The notes below the pieces were generated by a model that worked only from the letters and a program-made list of their open reading frames with translations, was not told the origin of the DNA and searched no databases. Source: an uncultured Lachnospiraceae bacterium (GTDB lineage: Bacteria; Bacillota; Clostridia; Lachnospirales; Lachnospiraceae). Taken from it: 64,000 bases of DNA. The translations under genes and the position numbers were made by a program. The stretch is taken from contig CAJUQO010000009.1 of NCBI GenBank assembly GCA_910588295.1, positions 8,261-72,260 of the forward strand, given 5' to 3'. The number at the start of each line of letters is the position of its first letter. Position 1 is the first letter of the stretch. Below are positions 48,312-57,394 of the stretch, piece by piece.

Positions 48312-50048
48312 ATGGGGAGACTGGAAGAATTTTTAAAATTTCTGGAGCGGCGGAATGCCACGCTGCGGGATAAGGCGCTTAAGGGGCTTTGCCTGTTTCT
48401 CTGTCTGATGATGGGATTTACGGTTCTGTCTAGGGCGGCGGACAGTGTGACGATCGCCCGGGTGCGGGTGGAGCAGGCTTCGCCGCAGACGCTGGACAGG
48501 AGCATTGAGGTGCAGGGGAAAGTGACGGCGGAGCGCGAGGTGGCGCTGCGGGTGCAGGCGGGGATTGTGGTGGACAGCATCCCGGTTCTTGCGGGCCAGC
48601 AGGTGGAAAAGGGAGATCTTCTGATGGAACTTGACGTGCAGGATCTGGATGAGCTGATCTGCGGGGCCCGCCTGGAGATCGAGAAGCTGGAATTGAACCA
48701 AAGGGACGTGGACAGCCAGAAAGCGGCGGCGGACGCCCAGCAGAAGAAGGCCGCCAAGCGGGCCGGCGAGGATTATGCGAAGGCGAAAAAGCAGAGCGGC
48801 CGGACAGTGGCGGAGGCTGAAAAGGAGCTAAAGCAGGCGAAGCAGAAGCTGGCGGATTTCCGCAAAAATAAGAAAAAGGCAGCCGGTGGCGGCGGGACGG
48901 ACAGTGTGCGAAGCTCTCTGGAGGAGGTCGTCGGGGAGAAGGAAAAAGCCCTGGAGGCGGCCGAGGAGGAGCAGGTGCGGCTTACGGCGGAGCGGGAGGA
49001 TGCCGTGAAGGACGCCCTTACGGCAGCCCGGCAGGAGAATCCGGAGCTCACCGTCCAGGAGGAGGAAACGCTCCGCGGCGAGGTTGAGCAGAATTATAAA
49101 GGGGCCCTGGATGGGGCAAAGAAGGCGGTAAAGCAGGCCGAAAAGGAACTGGAAGAGGCCGAAGACGCCCTGACGGATTACGACGCGCAGCAGCAGGAGG
49201 ACAGCCAGGCCAGCCTAAAGGAACAGGAGGAGGCGCTGGCGGCCGATGTGGAGCTGAAAGAAAAAGCGGTAAAAGAGGCTAAAAGCGCGGGACAGGACAG
49301 TGAGGAGGCGGCCCGCCGGGCCCTGGAGGACGCCCGGGCGCCCCAGGAGGGCGACAGCAGCGGAACCATCACGGAGTTGGAGATCGAGCAAAAACAGGCG
49401 GAACTGGAGAAGCTGGAAGCCCTCCAAAAGCAGGAGGGCCGGATCTGTGCCCCGGTGAACGGCGTGATCACGGAGATCTGCGCGGCGGTGGGCGACCGGA
49501 CCGGCGATACGGCGGCGTTCCGGCTGGCGGATCTGCAGCAGGGCTGCCGGTTTACTGCAACGCTTACCGGGGAACAGTCCCGGTATCTGGCCCAGGGCGA
49601 TCCGGTGACGCTGACGGCGGACGGCAGCGGGAAGAAGCTGGGGGAGTATACCGTGGATTCCGTGACGGCAGCGGTGGAGGCGGAGACGGAAGACGCGGGG
49701 GAGCAGTATGAGGTGACGGTGCGCCTCGGGGCCGACGGACCGGCCCTCGGCTCATCGGTTACGATGACCTGTGTGAAGAAAACGCAGAAATACCAGACCA
49801 CCGTTCCGCTGACGGCCCTGCATCAGGACAATCAGAGGAATTTTGTGTGGGTAGTAAATGAGACGGCATCGGTGCTGGGCAGTACGCTGACGGTACAGCG
49901 AGTGGATGTGACGGTGGCGGAAAAGAATGATTCCTATGCGGCGCTGGCGGAGGGCTCCCTCACCAGCGAGCAGCAGATCGTGACCTATGCGGACCGCACC
50001 ATCGAGGCGGGAAGCCGGGTGCGGCTGGAGGAAGAATCGGGGAGGTAA
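48312..50048 (+). CDS. HlyD/MFP-family periplasmic adaptor with an unusually long coiled coil
   Basis: 578 aa. N-terminal TM, barrel-sandwich segments (VQAGIVVDSIPVLAGQQVEKGDLLMELD ... ICAPVNGVITEI). These are separated by a roughly 260-aa E/A/K-rich helical region. C-terminal beta-barrel (FVWVVNE..). Confidence 0.8.
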   Translation: MGRLEEFLKFLERRNATLRDKALKGLCLFLCLMMGFTVLSRAADSVTIARVRVEQASPQTLDRSIEVQGKVTAEREVALRVQAGIVVDSIPVLAGQQVEKGDLLMELDVQDLDELICGARLEIEKLELNQRDVDSQKAAADAQQKKAAKRAGEDYAKAKKQSGRTVAEAEKELKQAKQKLADFRKNKKKAAGGGGTDSVRSSLEEVVGEKEKALEAAEEEQVRLTAEREDAVKDALTAARQENPELTVQEEETLRGEVEQNYKGALDGAKKAVKQAEKELEEAEDALTDYDAQQQEDSQASLKEQEEALAADVELKEKAVKEAKSAGQDSEEAARRALEDARAPQEGDSSGTITELEIEQKQAELEKLEALQKQEGRICAPVNGVITEICAAVGDRTGDTAAFRLADLQQGCRFTATLTGEQSRYLAQGDPVTLTADGSGKKLGEYTVDSVTAAVEAETEDAGEQYEVTVRLGADGPALGSSVTMTCVKKTQKYQTTVPLTALHQDNQRNFVWVVNETASVLGSTLTVQRVDVTVAEKNDSYAALAEGSLTSEQQIVTYADRTIEAGSRVRLEEESGR

Positions 50049-51259
50049 TGGTTTTGCGGGGAGAGGATAAAAAAGGGGTAAATGGATACGCGGTATTGTA
50101 TCTGCTGTGGCTGGCGTTTACGCTGTGTTACGGTTATGGGGTGGTGCAGGCGAATCTTGCGGCCGAGCTGCACAGAGGGGCTGTGGTGGCGCTGGACGCG
50201 GGGCTTGGCAGAGAGGACGGGAAAGGGATCTCGGATCTGGAGGCCGAGGAGGACACGCCCCTGGACTTTGCCCTGTGGCGGGAAACGCCGGGAGAGATTT
50301 TCGCGGATGGCGAGGGGCGCGGCCGTTTGCCTGCGGCGGTGGTGGACTGCTTCGGCAGTACCCGGCTGGCCTGTCAGGACGGAAGTGCGCCGGAGCTTCT
50401 TTTTGGGGATGAGGAGGGCTGCCTTTTGTCCGCTGATCTGGCCCGGGAGCTGTTTGGCAGCGAGAACGTGGTGGGGCAGACGATCTTTTGCCGGAATCGG
50501 CAGATGGTGATCCGGGGGATCCTGCGCCGCGGCAGGGGGCAGATCGTTTTGCAGGCGTGGGAGAATTTCGCGGAAACGATGGACCGGCTGACCGTCGGCG
50601 GTACGGGGAACCAGGCGGATGCCTTCCTGCTGCGCCACGGGCTGTCTGGGCAGAAGCTGTCTCTGGACTATGCCTCCCTGGCGGCAAAGATGGCGGCCTG
50701 GGGCCTGCTGCTCTTTATCGGCCTGTATCCGCTGTATGGGGCATACGGATCGTCCAAAGCGTGTCCGGCTGTGCCCCATATTTCTTATCCGAGAAGCCGC
50801 GCTTTGATCCGCCGGCTCTGGGTTCTTGCGGCGGCATGTCTGTACCTGTGCCTGCTGATTGCGTCTATGGGCTGGGGCGGCAGTTTTTCCTTCAGCGAGC
50901 TTTTGCCTACCAAATGGTCAGATTTTGCCTTTTGGAGCAGAAAAGGACAGGAGATCGCGGCTTCTATAGGTTTTTTATTTCGCAGTGAGAAGACAGAAGG
51001 GGAACAAATGGTGCTCCAGACGGCGGTAGTGGCAATATTTTTTCTGTTTCTGGCGTTCCTGCTCTACGGGAGCACGATGAGGCGGCTGGCTGGTGTATCC
51101 GTCTATACCCTCACTGCCCTGGCAGTCCTCCACTGGGCAGGGCTGGCGGCGCTGGCCGTGCGCTGTGGGGAGAGCAGTACCGTGTGGGCGGGCCAAAGGG
51201 GTTTGTGGCTGACTGCCCCTTTTGGGATGCTGATGGCGTGGTGGAGGGGGCGGGGATGA
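50048..51259 (+). CDS. polytopic membrane protein with a large first extracytoplasmic loop (MacB/FtsX-like topology, no recognisable FtsX motif)
   Basis: 403 aa, with a TAATG overlap onto the adaptor gene. TM1, then a roughly 190-aa loop (..CLLSADLARELFGSENVVGQTIF..MVIRGIL.. resembles the MacB periplasmic core), then 4-5 further TMs. Confidence 0.55.
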   Translation: MVLRGEDKKGVNGYAVLYLLWLAFTLCYGYGVVQANLAAELHRGAVVALDAGLGREDGKGISDLEAEEDTPLDFALWRETPGEIFADGEGRGRLPAAVVDCFGSTRLACQDGSAPELLFGDEEGCLLSADLARELFGSENVVGQTIFCRNRQMVIRGILRRGRGQIVLQAWENFAETMDRLTVGGTGNQADAFLLRHGLSGQKLSLDYASLAAKMAAWGLLLFIGLYPLYGAYGSSKACPAVPHISYPRSRALIRRLWVLAAACLYLCLLIASMGWGGSFSFSELLPTKWSDFAFWSRKGQEIAASIGFLFRSEKTEGEQMVLQTAVVAIFFLFLAFLLYGSTMRRLAGVSVYTLTALAVLHWAGLAALAVRCGESSTVWAGQRGLWLTAPFGMLMAWWRGRG

Positions 51260-51552
51260 ATGTCCCGCATCCGCTCAATGCAACTGCGCTGTATCGCCCG
51301 GCTTCCTTTGCCGGCAGCAGTATGGGGGATTGTTATATCCATAAGCAACCTCCTGTCCGCTTTGTTGTATTTTACGTTACCGTAGCACGATTTTGATAAA
51401 ATAGAAATAGCCATAGTGAGAAAGTTGATTGCAGGAGAAATGTGTGTTATAAAAGAAATACGCGTAGAAGAGAATGGGAGCATGCCGAGGCAGAAGTCTG
51501 TCCGGCTTGCAAGGTGATTTTCTATTTAGCCATGTGTCAGGAGGAAAAACAA

Positions 51553-52023
51553 ATGTCCATAGAAAGAGTAAAAGCATATTTCAGGGAATACGGCATGGAA
51601 GACAGAATACGAGAGCTTGCTATGTCCAGCGCGACGGTGGAGCTGGCCGCGGCGGCGTTGGGATGCGAGCCCCAGCGGATCGCAAAGACCCTGTCGTTTC
51701 TTGTGGCGGGCCATGCCATCCTGGTGGTGGCCGCCGGTGACGCGAAGGTTGACAACCACAAATATAAGGGACAGTTCGCCTCAAAGGCCAAGATGCTCTC
51801 CCGGGAGGAGGCGGAAACCATGGTGGGACATGCCGTGGGCGGCGTATGCCCCTTTGCTGTGAACGAGGGCGTGGAGGTTTATCTGGACGTGTCTCTGAAG
51901 CGTTTCGAGACGGTGTTCCCCGCCTGCGGCAGCGCCAACAGCGCCATCGAGCTTACGATCCCGGAGCTGGAGAAATATTCCGGGTATCGGGCGTGGGTGG
52001 ATGTGTGCAAGGGATATCAGTAA
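51553..52023 (+). CDS. YbaK/EbsC-family aminoacyl-tRNA deacylase-like protein
   Basis: Start trimmed to ATG 51553 after CAGGAGGAAAAA. ..ATVELAAAALGCEPQRIAKTLSF.. and ..GHAVGGVCPFA.. are YbaK-domain signatures. Confidence 0.8.
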   Translation: MSIERVKAYFREYGMEDRIRELAMSSATVELAAAALGCEPQRIAKTLSFLVAGHAILVVAAGDAKVDNHKYKGQFASKAKMLSREEAETMVGHAVGGVCPFAVNEGVEVYLDVSLKRFETVFPACGSANSAIELTIPELEKYSGYRAWVDVCKGYQ

Positions 52024-52039
52024 AACACAGGCAGAGAAA

Positions 52040-52077
52040 ACGGCATGGCCTCCCGGGGCCATGCCGTAAGCTTTTTT
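52040..52077. terminator. bidirectional terminator between convergent ybaK-like gene and metK
   Basis: ACGGCATGGCC-tcccgg-GGCCATGCCGT (11-bp stem), flanked by an A-run upstream and T6 downstream. Confidence 0.7.
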
Positions 52078-52093
52078 GCAAAAATGCTGCCGT

Positions 52094-53287
52094 TTATGCC
52101 GGAAGATATTTCTTAAGCTCCTCCACTTTATCCAGCTTCTCCCAGGGCAGATCCAGATCATTCCGTCCGAAGTGGCCGTAGGCTGCAGTCTGTTTGTAGA
52201 TCGGCCGACGCAGATCCAGCATCCGGATGATACCGGCGGGGCGCAGGTCAAAGTTCTCGCGGATGATCTCCTCCAGCTTAGCGTCGTCCACCTTGCCGGT
52301 ACCGTAGGTGTCCGCCATGACGGAGGTGGGATAGGCCACGCCGATGGCGTAGGAGAGCTGGATTTCACACTTGTCGGCCAGCCCTGCCGCCACGATATTC
52401 TTTGCCACATAGCGGGCGGCGTAGGCCGCGGAACGATCCACCTTCGTGCAGTCCTTGCCGGAGAAAGCGCCGCCGCCGTGGCGGGCGTAGCCGCCGTAGG
52501 TGTCCACGATGATCTTGCGCCCGGTCAGGCCGCTGTCGCCGTGGGGGCCTCCGATCACGAACCGCCCCGTGGGGTTGATGAACAGCTTTGTCTTATCATC
52601 CACCATCCCGGCGGGCAGCACCGGATCAAACACGTATTTCCGGATATCTTTATGGATCTGTTCCTGGGACACGTCCGGGTCGTGCTGGGTGGACAGGACT
52701 ACGGCGTCCAGGCGGAACGGCTTGCCGTTTTCGTCATATTCCACGGTCACCTGGGTCTTGCCGTCGGGGCGCAGATATTTTAAGGTGCCGTCCTTGCGTA
52801 CTTTGGTGAGCTGCAGGGCCAGCTTATGGGCCAGGGAAATGGGGTAGGGCATGTACTCGTCGGTCTCATTGGTGGCGTAGCCGAACATCATGCCCTGGTC
52901 GCCGGCGCCGATGGCGTCCAGATCCGCCTCGGACATCCGGTTTTCCTTTGCTTCCAGGGCTTTGTCCACGCCCATGGCAATGTCGGCGGACTGCTCGTCG
53001 ATAGCCGTCAGTACACCGCAGGCGTCGGCATTAAAACCGTATTCGTCGCCGGTATAGCCGATCTCCCGGATGGTGTCCCGGACAATTTTCTGGATATCCA
53101 CATAGGCCTTCGTGGTGATCTCGCCCATCACCAGCACCAGGCCCGTGGTGGTACAGGTCTCGCAGGCTACGCGGCTCATGGGATCCTGGGCCATCAGAGC
53201 GTCCAGGATGGCGTCTGAGATCTGGTCGCACATTTTGTCGGGGTGGCCTTCTGTTACAGATTCAGAAGTAAACAATCGTTTTTCCAT
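52094..53287 (-). CDS. metK: S-adenosylmethionine synthase
   Basis: [30 protein letters not shown].., [21 protein letters not shown]. Start trimmed to the ATG (complement of 53285-53287) after AAGGAGAA. Confidence 0.97.
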   Translation of the reverse strand: MEKRLFTSESVTEGHPDKMCDQISDAILDALMAQDPMSRVACETCTTTGLVLVMGEITTKAYVDIQKIVRDTIREIGYTGDEYGFNADACGVLTAIDEQSADIAMGVDKALEAKENRMSEADLDAIGAGDQGMMFGYATNETDEYMPYPISLAHKLALQLTKVRKDGTLKYLRPDGKTQVTVEYDENGKPFRLDAVVLSTQHDPDVSQEQIHKDIRKYVFDPVLPAGMVDDKTKLFINPTGRFVIGGPHGDSGLTGRKIIVDTYGGYARHGGGAFSGKDCTKVDRSAAYAARYVAKNIVAAGLADKCEIQLSYAIGVAYPTSVMADTYGTGKVDDAKLEEIIRENFDLRPAGIIRMLDLRRPIYKQTAAYGHFGRNDLDLPWEKLDKVEELKKYLPA

Positions 53288-53356
53288 AGTGATTCTCCTT
53301 TCGGTATATATCTTTCGGGTATCCTGTGCCGCCTTTCGGCATTTCACAAAGTATGC

Positions 53357-53514
53357 AAAAAAATAAGTCCACTCATAAGCGGACCCAACATTGTATCAGA
53401 ATGTTAAATCCCCTTATTGTTCGATCACATCGCTCAGGCGGGCACCTTCCTGTCGCCAGGGGTTGCCGTGGTTTCACAGATCCTATGTATCTCCACCACT
53501 CTGAATAAGAGAAC
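53357..53514 (-). promoter_or_regulatory. SAM-I (S-box) riboswitch with terminator expression platform
   Basis: The minus strand reads UUCUCUUAUUCAGAGUGGUGGAGAUA..GGAUCUGUGAAACCACGGCAACC..AAGGUGCC..CCUGAGCGA..AAUAAGGGGA. P1 (CUUAU/AUAAG), GGUGGAG, GGCAACC and AAGGUGC are S-box hallmarks. It is followed by GTCCGCT-tatg-AGTGGAC plus a T-run (53357-53386), upstream of metK. Confidence 0.85.
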
Positions 53515-53533
53515 TTGTTTTTTTGTCAAAATC

Positions 53534-53562
53534 AATATACAGCGGTTCTTTGTATGTGTCAA
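53534..53562 (-). promoter_or_regulatory. putative metK promoter
   Basis: On the minus strand: TTGACA (complement of 53557-53562), 17 nt, TATATT (complement of 53534-53539). Confidence 0.55.
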
Positions 53563-53668
53563 TAGAGGAGGCAAATGTTTACAGGATTTTTACAAAAGAT
53601 TTAGAAAAAGGAAGGCTACCTTTCGGACGCTTATGCTATAATGGGAGAACAGGAATGGGGGAAGGTAC

Positions 53669-55180
53669 ATGAAGAAATTAAAGACAAGACTGGTTTTGGC
53701 CTTTGTGATCATGATTTTGCTCCCGGTACTCTTGATCGCGGGCGCTTTTTTCGGCTTTATGAATCACCGTCTTCATATGATGGAAAAAAATTACGGAATA
53801 AAAGTGACGTATGATTCCCTGTCGGACAATGCCGCCCTGATCAGTAATCTGACGGAGAGCTATGTATCCGCGCTGGAGGAACAGATCGGCAAAGATTCTT
53901 CTCTTCTGCTGGATCCGGAATATCTCAAAAAGATCAATGCGGAGATGGAGAGCCGCCATTCCTGTCTGATCCTGCGGGTGGACGGAGAGATCATGTATTC
54001 CGGGGTCGGCGGGACGCTGCGGGACGTGGAGGATCTGATCTATGGGACGCTTCCCGATTACAGGGGATATCAGGATGCCCGGGAAAACCGGGTGTATCTG
54101 GGCGGCCAGGTGCAGGCCCTGGTAAAGCAGCTCGACTTTGAGGCGGAGGGCGGCCGCAGGGCCAGCCTGTACGTGCTGACCAGCTCGTCGGCGCTGGTGC
54201 CTCAGATTCAGGAGCTGATGGCGAATCTGGTCATCCTGGCGGTCTGTGTGCTGGCGCTGACCAGCCTGCTGATGAGTGTGTGGCTCTACACCAGCATCAG
54301 TGCTCCGCTGAACCAGTTAAAGACGGCCACCAATAATATCAAGGCGGGTAATCTGGATTTTACCGTCGAGGGATGCGCGGTGGCGGAGATCAACGATCTG
54401 TGTGAGGACTTTGAGGATATGCGCCGTCGGCTTAAAGCCACCACCGAGGAAAAGATGGCCTTTGACAAGGAGAGCAAGGCCCTGATCAGCAATATCTCCC
54501 ATGATCTTAAGACGCCGATTACGGCGGTAAAGGGCTATGTGGAGGGGATCATGGACGGTGTGGCCGATACCCCGGAAAAGATGGCTCGCTACATCCGCAC
54601 TATTTATATGAAGGCAAACGAGATGGACCGGCTGATCAATGAGCTGACCTTTTACTCCAAAATTGACACAAACCGGATCCCCTATACGTTTAGCAAGATC
54701 CCTATCGCCGGGTATTTTGACGACTGCGCGGAGGAACTGGGGATCGAGCTGGAGAACGAGGGGATCGAGCTGGAGTACAGCTGTCAGGTGGCGCCGGATG
54801 TGATTGTGATCGCCGATGCGGAGCAGCTGAAACGTGTGATCAACAACGTGATCAGCAACTCCATTAAATATATGGACAAGGAAAAACGAAAAATCCAGAT
54901 CCGTCTGCGGGATGTGGGGGATTTCATCCAGATCGAAATGGAGGATAACGGCCGGGGCATAGAGGCCCGGGAGGTACCCAGCATTTTTGAGCGGTTCTAT
55001 AGGACAGACGCCTCGCGTAATTCCTCCAAGGGCGGCAGCGGCATCGGGCTGTCCATTGTGAGAAAGATTATGGAGGATCACGGCGGCAAGGTATGGGCCA
55101 CCAGCGTGGAGGGCGAGGGGACGACGATCTATTTCGTACTGCGAAAATATCAGGATGCGGCAGCCGTTCAGCGAAAATGA
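53669..55180 (+). CDS. sensor histidine kinase (HAMP + HisKA + HATPase_c)
   Basis: 503 aa. Two TMs, HAMP region, H-box ISHDLKTPIT, N box NVISNSIKY, G boxes DNGRGI and GSGIGLSIV. Confidence 0.85.
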   Translation: MKKLKTRLVLAFVIMILLPVLLIAGAFFGFMNHRLHMMEKNYGIKVTYDSLSDNAALISNLTESYVSALEEQIGKDSSLLLDPEYLKKINAEMESRHSCLILRVDGEIMYSGVGGTLRDVEDLIYGTLPDYRGYQDARENRVYLGGQVQALVKQLDFEAEGGRRASLYVLTSSSALVPQIQELMANLVILAVCVLALTSLLMSVWLYTSISAPLNQLKTATNNIKAGNLDFTVEGCAVAEINDLCEDFEDMRRRLKATTEEKMAFDKESKALISNISHDLKTPITAVKGYVEGIMDGVADTPEKMARYIRTIYMKANEMDRLINELTFYSKIDTNRIPYTFSKIPIAGYFDDCAEELGIELENEGIELEYSCQVAPDVIVIADAEQLKRVINNVISNSIKYMDKEKRKIQIRLRDVGDFIQIEMEDNGRGIEAREVPSIFERFYRTDASRNSSKGGSGIGLSIVRKIMEDHGGKVWATSVEGEGTTIYFVLRKYQDAAAVQRK

Positions 55181-55204
55181 ATGGGCCGGATACAGGGAGG
55201 TTTT

Positions 55205-55897
55205 ATGATGAATAAAATATTAATTATTGAAGATGAGGAAGCTATTGCGGAGCTGGAGAAAGATTATCTGGAACTGAGCGGATTTTCTGTAGAGATTGAA
55301 AACCGCGGGGATGAAGGGCTCAAAAGGGCCCTGGAAGGGGATTTCAACCTATTCATCCTGGATCTGATGCTGCCGGGGATGGACGGTTTTGAGATCTGTA
55401 AGCAGATCCGGCAGGAGAAGAATACGCCGGTGATTCTGGTCTCCGCGAAAAAGGACGATATAGACAAGATCCGCGGCCTGGGGCTGGGGGCGGACGACTA
55501 TATCACCAAGCCCTTCTCCCCCAGCGAGCTGGTGGCCCGAGTGAAGGCCCATCTGGCCCGGTACGAGCGGTTGATCGGCAGCGGTCTGCCGGAGAATGAT
55601 ATCGTGGAGATCCGCGGCATCAAGATCGACAAGACGGCCCGCCGCGTCTGGGTGAACGGTGAGGAGAAGAATTTCACCACCAAGGAATTTGACCTTCTGA
55701 CTTTTCTGGCCCAGAATCCGAACCGGGTGTTTACCAAGGATGAGCTGTTCAACAAGATCTGGGATATGGAGTCCATCGGTGATATAGCCACCGTTACCGT
55801 GCACATCAAGAAGATCCGGGAGAAGATCGAGTTTAATACGGCCAAGCCTCAGTACATTGAGACGATCTGGGGCGTGGGGTACCGATTTAAGGTGTAA
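55205..55897 (+). CDS. OmpR/PhoB-family response regulator
   Basis: MMNKILIIEDEE.. (FILDLMLPGMDG, KPF) plus a winged helix (TTKEFDLLTFLAQNP.., IETIWGVGYRF). Start trimmed to the ATG after CAGGGAGG. Confidence 0.9.
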   Translation: MMNKILIIEDEEAIAELEKDYLELSGFSVEIENRGDEGLKRALEGDFNLFILDLMLPGMDGFEICKQIRQEKNTPVILVSAKKDDIDKIRGLGLGADDYITKPFSPSELVARVKAHLARYERLIGSGLPENDIVEIRGIKIDKTARRVWVNGEEKNFTTKEFDLLTFLAQNPNRVFTKDELFNKIWDMESIGDIATVTVHIKKIREKIEFNTAKPQYIETIWGVGYRFKV

Positions 55898-56041
55898 AAA
55901 GAAAAAATGCTTGCAGGAGGGGGATGTCTGTCAGAGTCATTCCCCTTTTTCATCTGTTGATCAACATGTAAAAAAGATGCCCGGTTTTTTGGGCAGATTT
56001 ACGGATAGTTTTTTCTTTGCTATTGTGGTATTATCTTATCG

Positions 56042-56080
56042 TGAAACGATTCATGAAACGCGTAGAGGGAATTGTATAAT
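56042..56080 (+). promoter_or_regulatory. putative promoter with a TGAAACG direct repeat in the -35 region
   Basis: TGAAACG at 56042-56048 and 56054-56060 (12-bp period). TATAAT at 56075-56080. About 40 nt before the URO-D-like gene. Confidence 0.35.
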
Positions 56081-56121
56081 GAAAAAGCACAGAAAACCAG
56101 CGGACAAGGGGAGAGGATAAT

Positions 56122-57378
56122 ATGACAGGAAAAGAAAAATTAAAGCTGGCCCTGAACCATGAGGAGGGCCCGCTGCTGTTTGACATCGGAGGAATGCCCA
56201 CCACGGGCATGCACTGTATTGTGATGGAGGAGCTGAGGGATTTCTACGGTCTGGAAAAACATCCCATCAAGATTCTTGAGCCGGTGCAGATGCTGGGCGT
56301 GGTGGAGGATGACCTGAAGGAATGCCTGGGCGTACAGACTACGCCGCTGTGGTCGGCGGGGTGTATGTTCGGCTTCCGGGTGGAGGACAAATGGAAGGAG
56401 TGGCGGACGCCCTGGGGCCAGGACGTGCTGGTGCCGGAGGAGTTCGAGGTGACTGTCAATGAAAAGGGCGATACGCTGATCTACGCCTGCGGCGACAGGG
56501 ACAGCGAGCCCGCCGGATGTATGCCAAAGACAGGGAAATTTTTCGACAACATCGACAGAGCCCCGGAATATGATGAGGACACCTATGATGTAAAGGACAA
56601 TTTTGAGGAGTTCCAGCCCGTGGGCGAACGGGATCTGGCCTGGCTGAGAAAGCAGAAGGACACCATCGGCGAGACCGGCGACGTGGTCATGGGCAATCTG
56701 GGAGGCACGGCTTTCGGTGATCCGGCCCTGGTGCCCGGCCCCATGCTCCGCAGCCCGAAGGGGATCCGGCGGCTGACGGACTGGTACATGGCCACGGTTT
56801 CCGATCAGGATATTCTCCACGAGATATTCAGCTATGAGGTGGAAGTGGGCTTGAAGAATCTGGAGAAGATGCACGGGGTGCTGGGGGATTTCCTGGACGT
56901 GACCTACATATGCGGAACAGATTTCGGCAGCCAGCGGGCGCCTTTTTACAGCCTGGCCACTTTTGAGGATGTGTATGCGCCTTATTATAAGAAGGTGGAC
57001 GACTGGATCCACACCCACACGAAGTGGGCGACGTTCAAGCATACCTGCGGCAGCATCGAGCCGTTTATCGGAGGTATGGCCGATGCGGGCCTGGACTGCA
57101 TTAACCCGGTGCAGTGGACGGCGGATCACATGGACAGGAATCTGCTGAAGGAAAAATACGGCGACCGGGTGGTGTTCTGGGGCGGCGGCATCGACACCCA
57201 GCATATGCTTCCCGAGGGGACGCCGGAGCAGGTGTACGAGCAGGCCCTGGAATGTTGCCGGATCTTCGGCAGGGGCGGCGGCTATGTATTCAACACGATC
57301 CATAATATCGTGCCCGGGGTGTCAGCGGCCAATGTGGACGCGCTGGCGAGGGCGGTGCGTACTTATAATAAAGGATAA
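56122..57378 (+). CDS. uroporphyrinogen decarboxylase (URO-D)/MtaA-like superfamily protein
   Basis: 418 aa. The C-terminal ..VVFWGGGIDTQHMLPEGTPEQVYEQALECCRIFGRGGGYVFNTIHNIVPGVSAANVDALARAV resembles the URO-D/methylcobamide methyltransferase fold family. Assignment is from memory only. Confidence 0.6.
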   Translation: MTGKEKLKLALNHEEGPLLFDIGGMPTTGMHCIVMEELRDFYGLEKHPIKILEPVQMLGVVEDDLKECLGVQTTPLWSAGCMFGFRVEDKWKEWRTPWGQDVLVPEEFEVTVNEKGDTLIYACGDRDSEPAGCMPKTGKFFDNIDRAPEYDEDTYDVKDNFEEFQPVGERDLAWLRKQKDTIGETGDVVMGNLGGTAFGDPALVPGPMLRSPKGIRRLTDWYMATVSDQDILHEIFSYEVEVGLKNLEKMHGVLGDFLDVTYICGTDFGSQRAPFYSLATFEDVYAPYYKKVDDWIHTHTKWATFKHTCGSIEPFIGGMADAGLDCINPVQWTADHMDRNLLKEKYGDRVVFWGGGIDTQHMLPEGTPEQVYEQALECCRIFGRGGGYVFNTIHNIVPGVSAANVDALARAVRTYNKG

Positions 57379-57394
57379 TGTGAAAGGAGACGCT

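Noticed and set aside
53578-53594. TTTACA-ggatt-TTTACA direct repeat (11-bp period) upstream of the second histidine kinase gene
   Set aside because: It is 42 nt away from the only good -10 box (53637-53642), so it does not fit a promoter architecture. It is short and AT-rich, so chance is likely.
56140-57303. 387-aa ORF on the - strand
   Set aside because: It is antisense to the URO-D-like gene. It is a shadow ORF with no RBS.
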